Source: Phoronis australis (lineage: Eukaryota; Animalia; Phoronida). From it: a stretch of 64,000 bases of DNA. The position numbers and the translations under genes were made by a program. The stretch is from NCBI GenBank assembly GCA_002633005.1, contig NMRA01000033.1, forward strand, positions 1,416,797 through 1,480,796, given 5' to 3'. The notes beneath the pieces were generated by a model. That model ran no database searches and was not told the origin of the DNA. It was given only the letters and a program-made list of their open reading frames with translations. This document shows positions 61,326 through 64,000 of this stretch, one piece after another. The number at the start of each line of letters is the position of its first letter. Position 1 is the stretch's first letter.

Positions 61326-64000
61326 GTGAGTCAAAACCAAATATACAACGATCACGTGCACTCCGATCTGAAAGCACATCAGACAGCATGTGAATGCTGT
61401 ATCGTACATCGTTCACATGCTGTCTGATGAGAAGGTAGGTAGGACATCTGATTTGCCATCTGAAAATATTTTGCATGTGGACATTTCCAGTGTATGATCA
61501 GTCGTCTTATTGTTTGACCCCCAAATCAAATATCACATCTATCTTCTTGTTGTTTGACCCCCATATCAGGTAGCACATCAGCCTTCTTATTGTGAGAAGC
61601 CTACATCCCTATGACACCATTTGTGATGACCCCACGTGATAGACCAGAATTTTTCACTTGACCGGGAATGTGAAACGGCATGACTAGTCAAAATTTTCAC
61701 AAAGTTTTGCCCATGTCATAAACCTCAGACTCGTGTAGGATTCTCTATTTAAGCATTTGTATAATATTAATATGACAATACTCGATACGTGGAGGGGGAA
61801 CACGTTTACAAATACTGGTTTTAAGTGTGTGATTCACTTTATGATCAGACGTCCTGTCTGCTCTCGTATACAAAGTCCTACATCTTTTGAGTTATATTCA
61901 GCTTGCGTGGAACAATTCGACACTGGACGATAAAAATCCAAAACATGATAAGATGGATATATCTGTCTGAAGCCCATCTGAGCTGTGACAAAATTGAGTG
62001 GCAATCACTCCCATGCTGGAATGATTCCATCCCAGGATCTTCTTGTTCGCAAGCCCCATCCATTTGATTTCTATCAAGTTTTACTTTCATACATTTCCTA
62101 TTTTTCTTCAAACGACTGAACAAAGATTCTTTTTTGTTAAGTACTTTATGTCTTTTGCATTTTATAGTTGTTAAAGAGCAGCTCAATACTGTTAAGCGTT
62201 ACAATGCTCAAATTTACTGTGTCACTAAAAGCAAACAAATTTATAAGACCTATATTTGGTATGTCTCCATACTCTGTCCAAAACAATAGAATTTTATGCT
62301 ATACTAAAAGGCAGTTCAAGATCTTACTTTTTCATCCAAAGTTTAAAATTGTTGCAGAAACATCTAGCAACAGCACATTCTGGAAGTGCATGTGGAAGTG
62401 TCCTAGAACCTTCCAGAGGCATCTTGTGTAATTGATGTGTAAGCATTTATAAAACAGGTATTGACTTTTGTTTCACACCTGGTCAATATGTTTATTTTCA
62501 AACCTTGTCTCGGTCATTATTACACTTTTGAGGTCTGAAAACCAACATATTGCCTTGTGTGAAAGTCAATAATTGTATTATAATTGGTGTTAAGAAAGTA
62601 TGAACATTATAACCAACTAGTACAATGTGATTGCGATGAGTGAATATAGGTGTGATATACATTGTTATTGTGCTTGTTTGAAACAATCCATATTTGTGAG
62701 TAATAAATGCCACCTTCCTTGAATGATTTATGCTTCACAGTTTGTTTATTGCGACTGCTTCTTTGCAGTTAATGGCATCCACTTGTTCCATTTCTTGCAT
62801 TCGCTGTTGCTGAGTTGATCCCTCATTAGACTGTTGTTTGTGCTAGACATTGAAGTGAAATGAAATGTATTGTCAAACTCAAATGACTTTTACATGACGA
62901 CTGCGTGTAATTGATTTTGTTAAGTTTTGGAGACAACAATTTGAATGTCTTTGTTTGCAATGAAGCTTTCTAGAGGAAACAGTGGGCTGGAGAAACATTT
63001 GATGGTAACAAAAATTTGGCTTTCAGGATTAGAATCGCACATTTCATTTGAATGACATCATTGTTAACATTTTGTACTTTACAGAAATTAAATGCACGAA
63101 GATTAATCTCTTTTCATTTAATCCTCTCTATTTAAAGTTGTAGCAAACCTGAAAATGTGCAAACTGGGTTTACAGTCGTAGATTATAGATGTCAGTGTAA
63201 CTGCTGGTCAATGTATGGGACATAAAGCCCAAAAGCTTTGGGCGTTTTTGATCCCCTCTAAAACCCTTTCCACTAGCCTAAGATGAATTTTGTTATATTT
63301 AAACTTTCATTTCACACCAGAACTTGTTTGTTACCAAAAGGTCATGGTTCATATCAAGTTTTATTCCCTCAAAGAATGATCACTTCCGATTGAGTCCACA
63401 CAATAGGGATTGGTGTTATTCTCAGTAGTTGATTACTGTTATTCAAGTCTGCATTTCTTTTGAACAACATACATGTGCAAATACATTTTCGCATTCTTTC
63501 TTCTGCTGGATAGGAGCCTTAACGTCTGACAGATAGACATTTCCTCATAAATTCTTCTGTGTATGGATTAAAAATCAAAACATCATCGTGTGGCAACTAG
63601 TGTCTGATGCAGGATTATTTCTTTTGAATGTTTGTTGAATCAGTTTACAGTGCGTCATTATTTTCCATTGTTAATTATGCAGTTGTGCATGAAAACAGCC
63701 AGCTTTCCCCCTGTTTTTCTTGAGCACCATTTTCCAGTGTTCCATGACTTGATGCCTGGTTTTATTAAGGTCTCAATTTCATGTTGTGGACATGAGCTGA
63801 TCTAGTATTTCTAAAATGTTAATTAGCCATGTATCAAAGTTGGCAAATGGCATCAAGTTAATTATAGGTGATTTCCATAAGTAGTGCTTATTCCCTGGTG
63901 AAAGTTGCTTTAATCATAGCTAGAACGTCAATGACTTTGAACTAAGGAATCATCACTCTTGTTTTGCGTTTGAGGAGTAGACTGTCAATTATAAATCATT

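Noticed and set aside
61326-64000. Further ARL3 exons
   Set aside because: No GFNIK or WDIGGQ coding sequence was found; the region appears intronic.

Overview
This is AT-rich, intron-rich eukaryotic DNA, most likely from a marine invertebrate (inferred from the gene set and repeat types). It is not prokaryotic, and most short ORFs in the track are spurious. By hand splicing (GT-AG, consistent phases) I reconstructed four protein-coding genes. (1) A minus-strand PARP14/DTX3L-like gene (RRM/NID-like start, KH-like segments, long disordered regions, atypical macrodomain) that probably continues off the left edge. (2) A complete 14-exon, 614-aa plus-strand SLC6-family transporter with heavily rewritten ion/substrate-binding motifs. 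(3) A complete sideroflexin (SFXN2-like, 7 coding exons, 336 aa) on the minus strand. (4) The first two coding exons of ARL3 on the plus strand, head-to-head with SFXN2 as in human. Introns and intergenic DNA hold many MITEs, a pogo/Tigger-like element, an intron-containing decayed DNA transposase, an internally deleted CR1/L2-group LINE, an SGNH-like relic, a foldback palindrome and minisatellites. I see no CRISPR, rRNA or bona fide tRNA. The best candidates for new biology are the motif-degenerate SLC6 and the atypical macrodomain protein.
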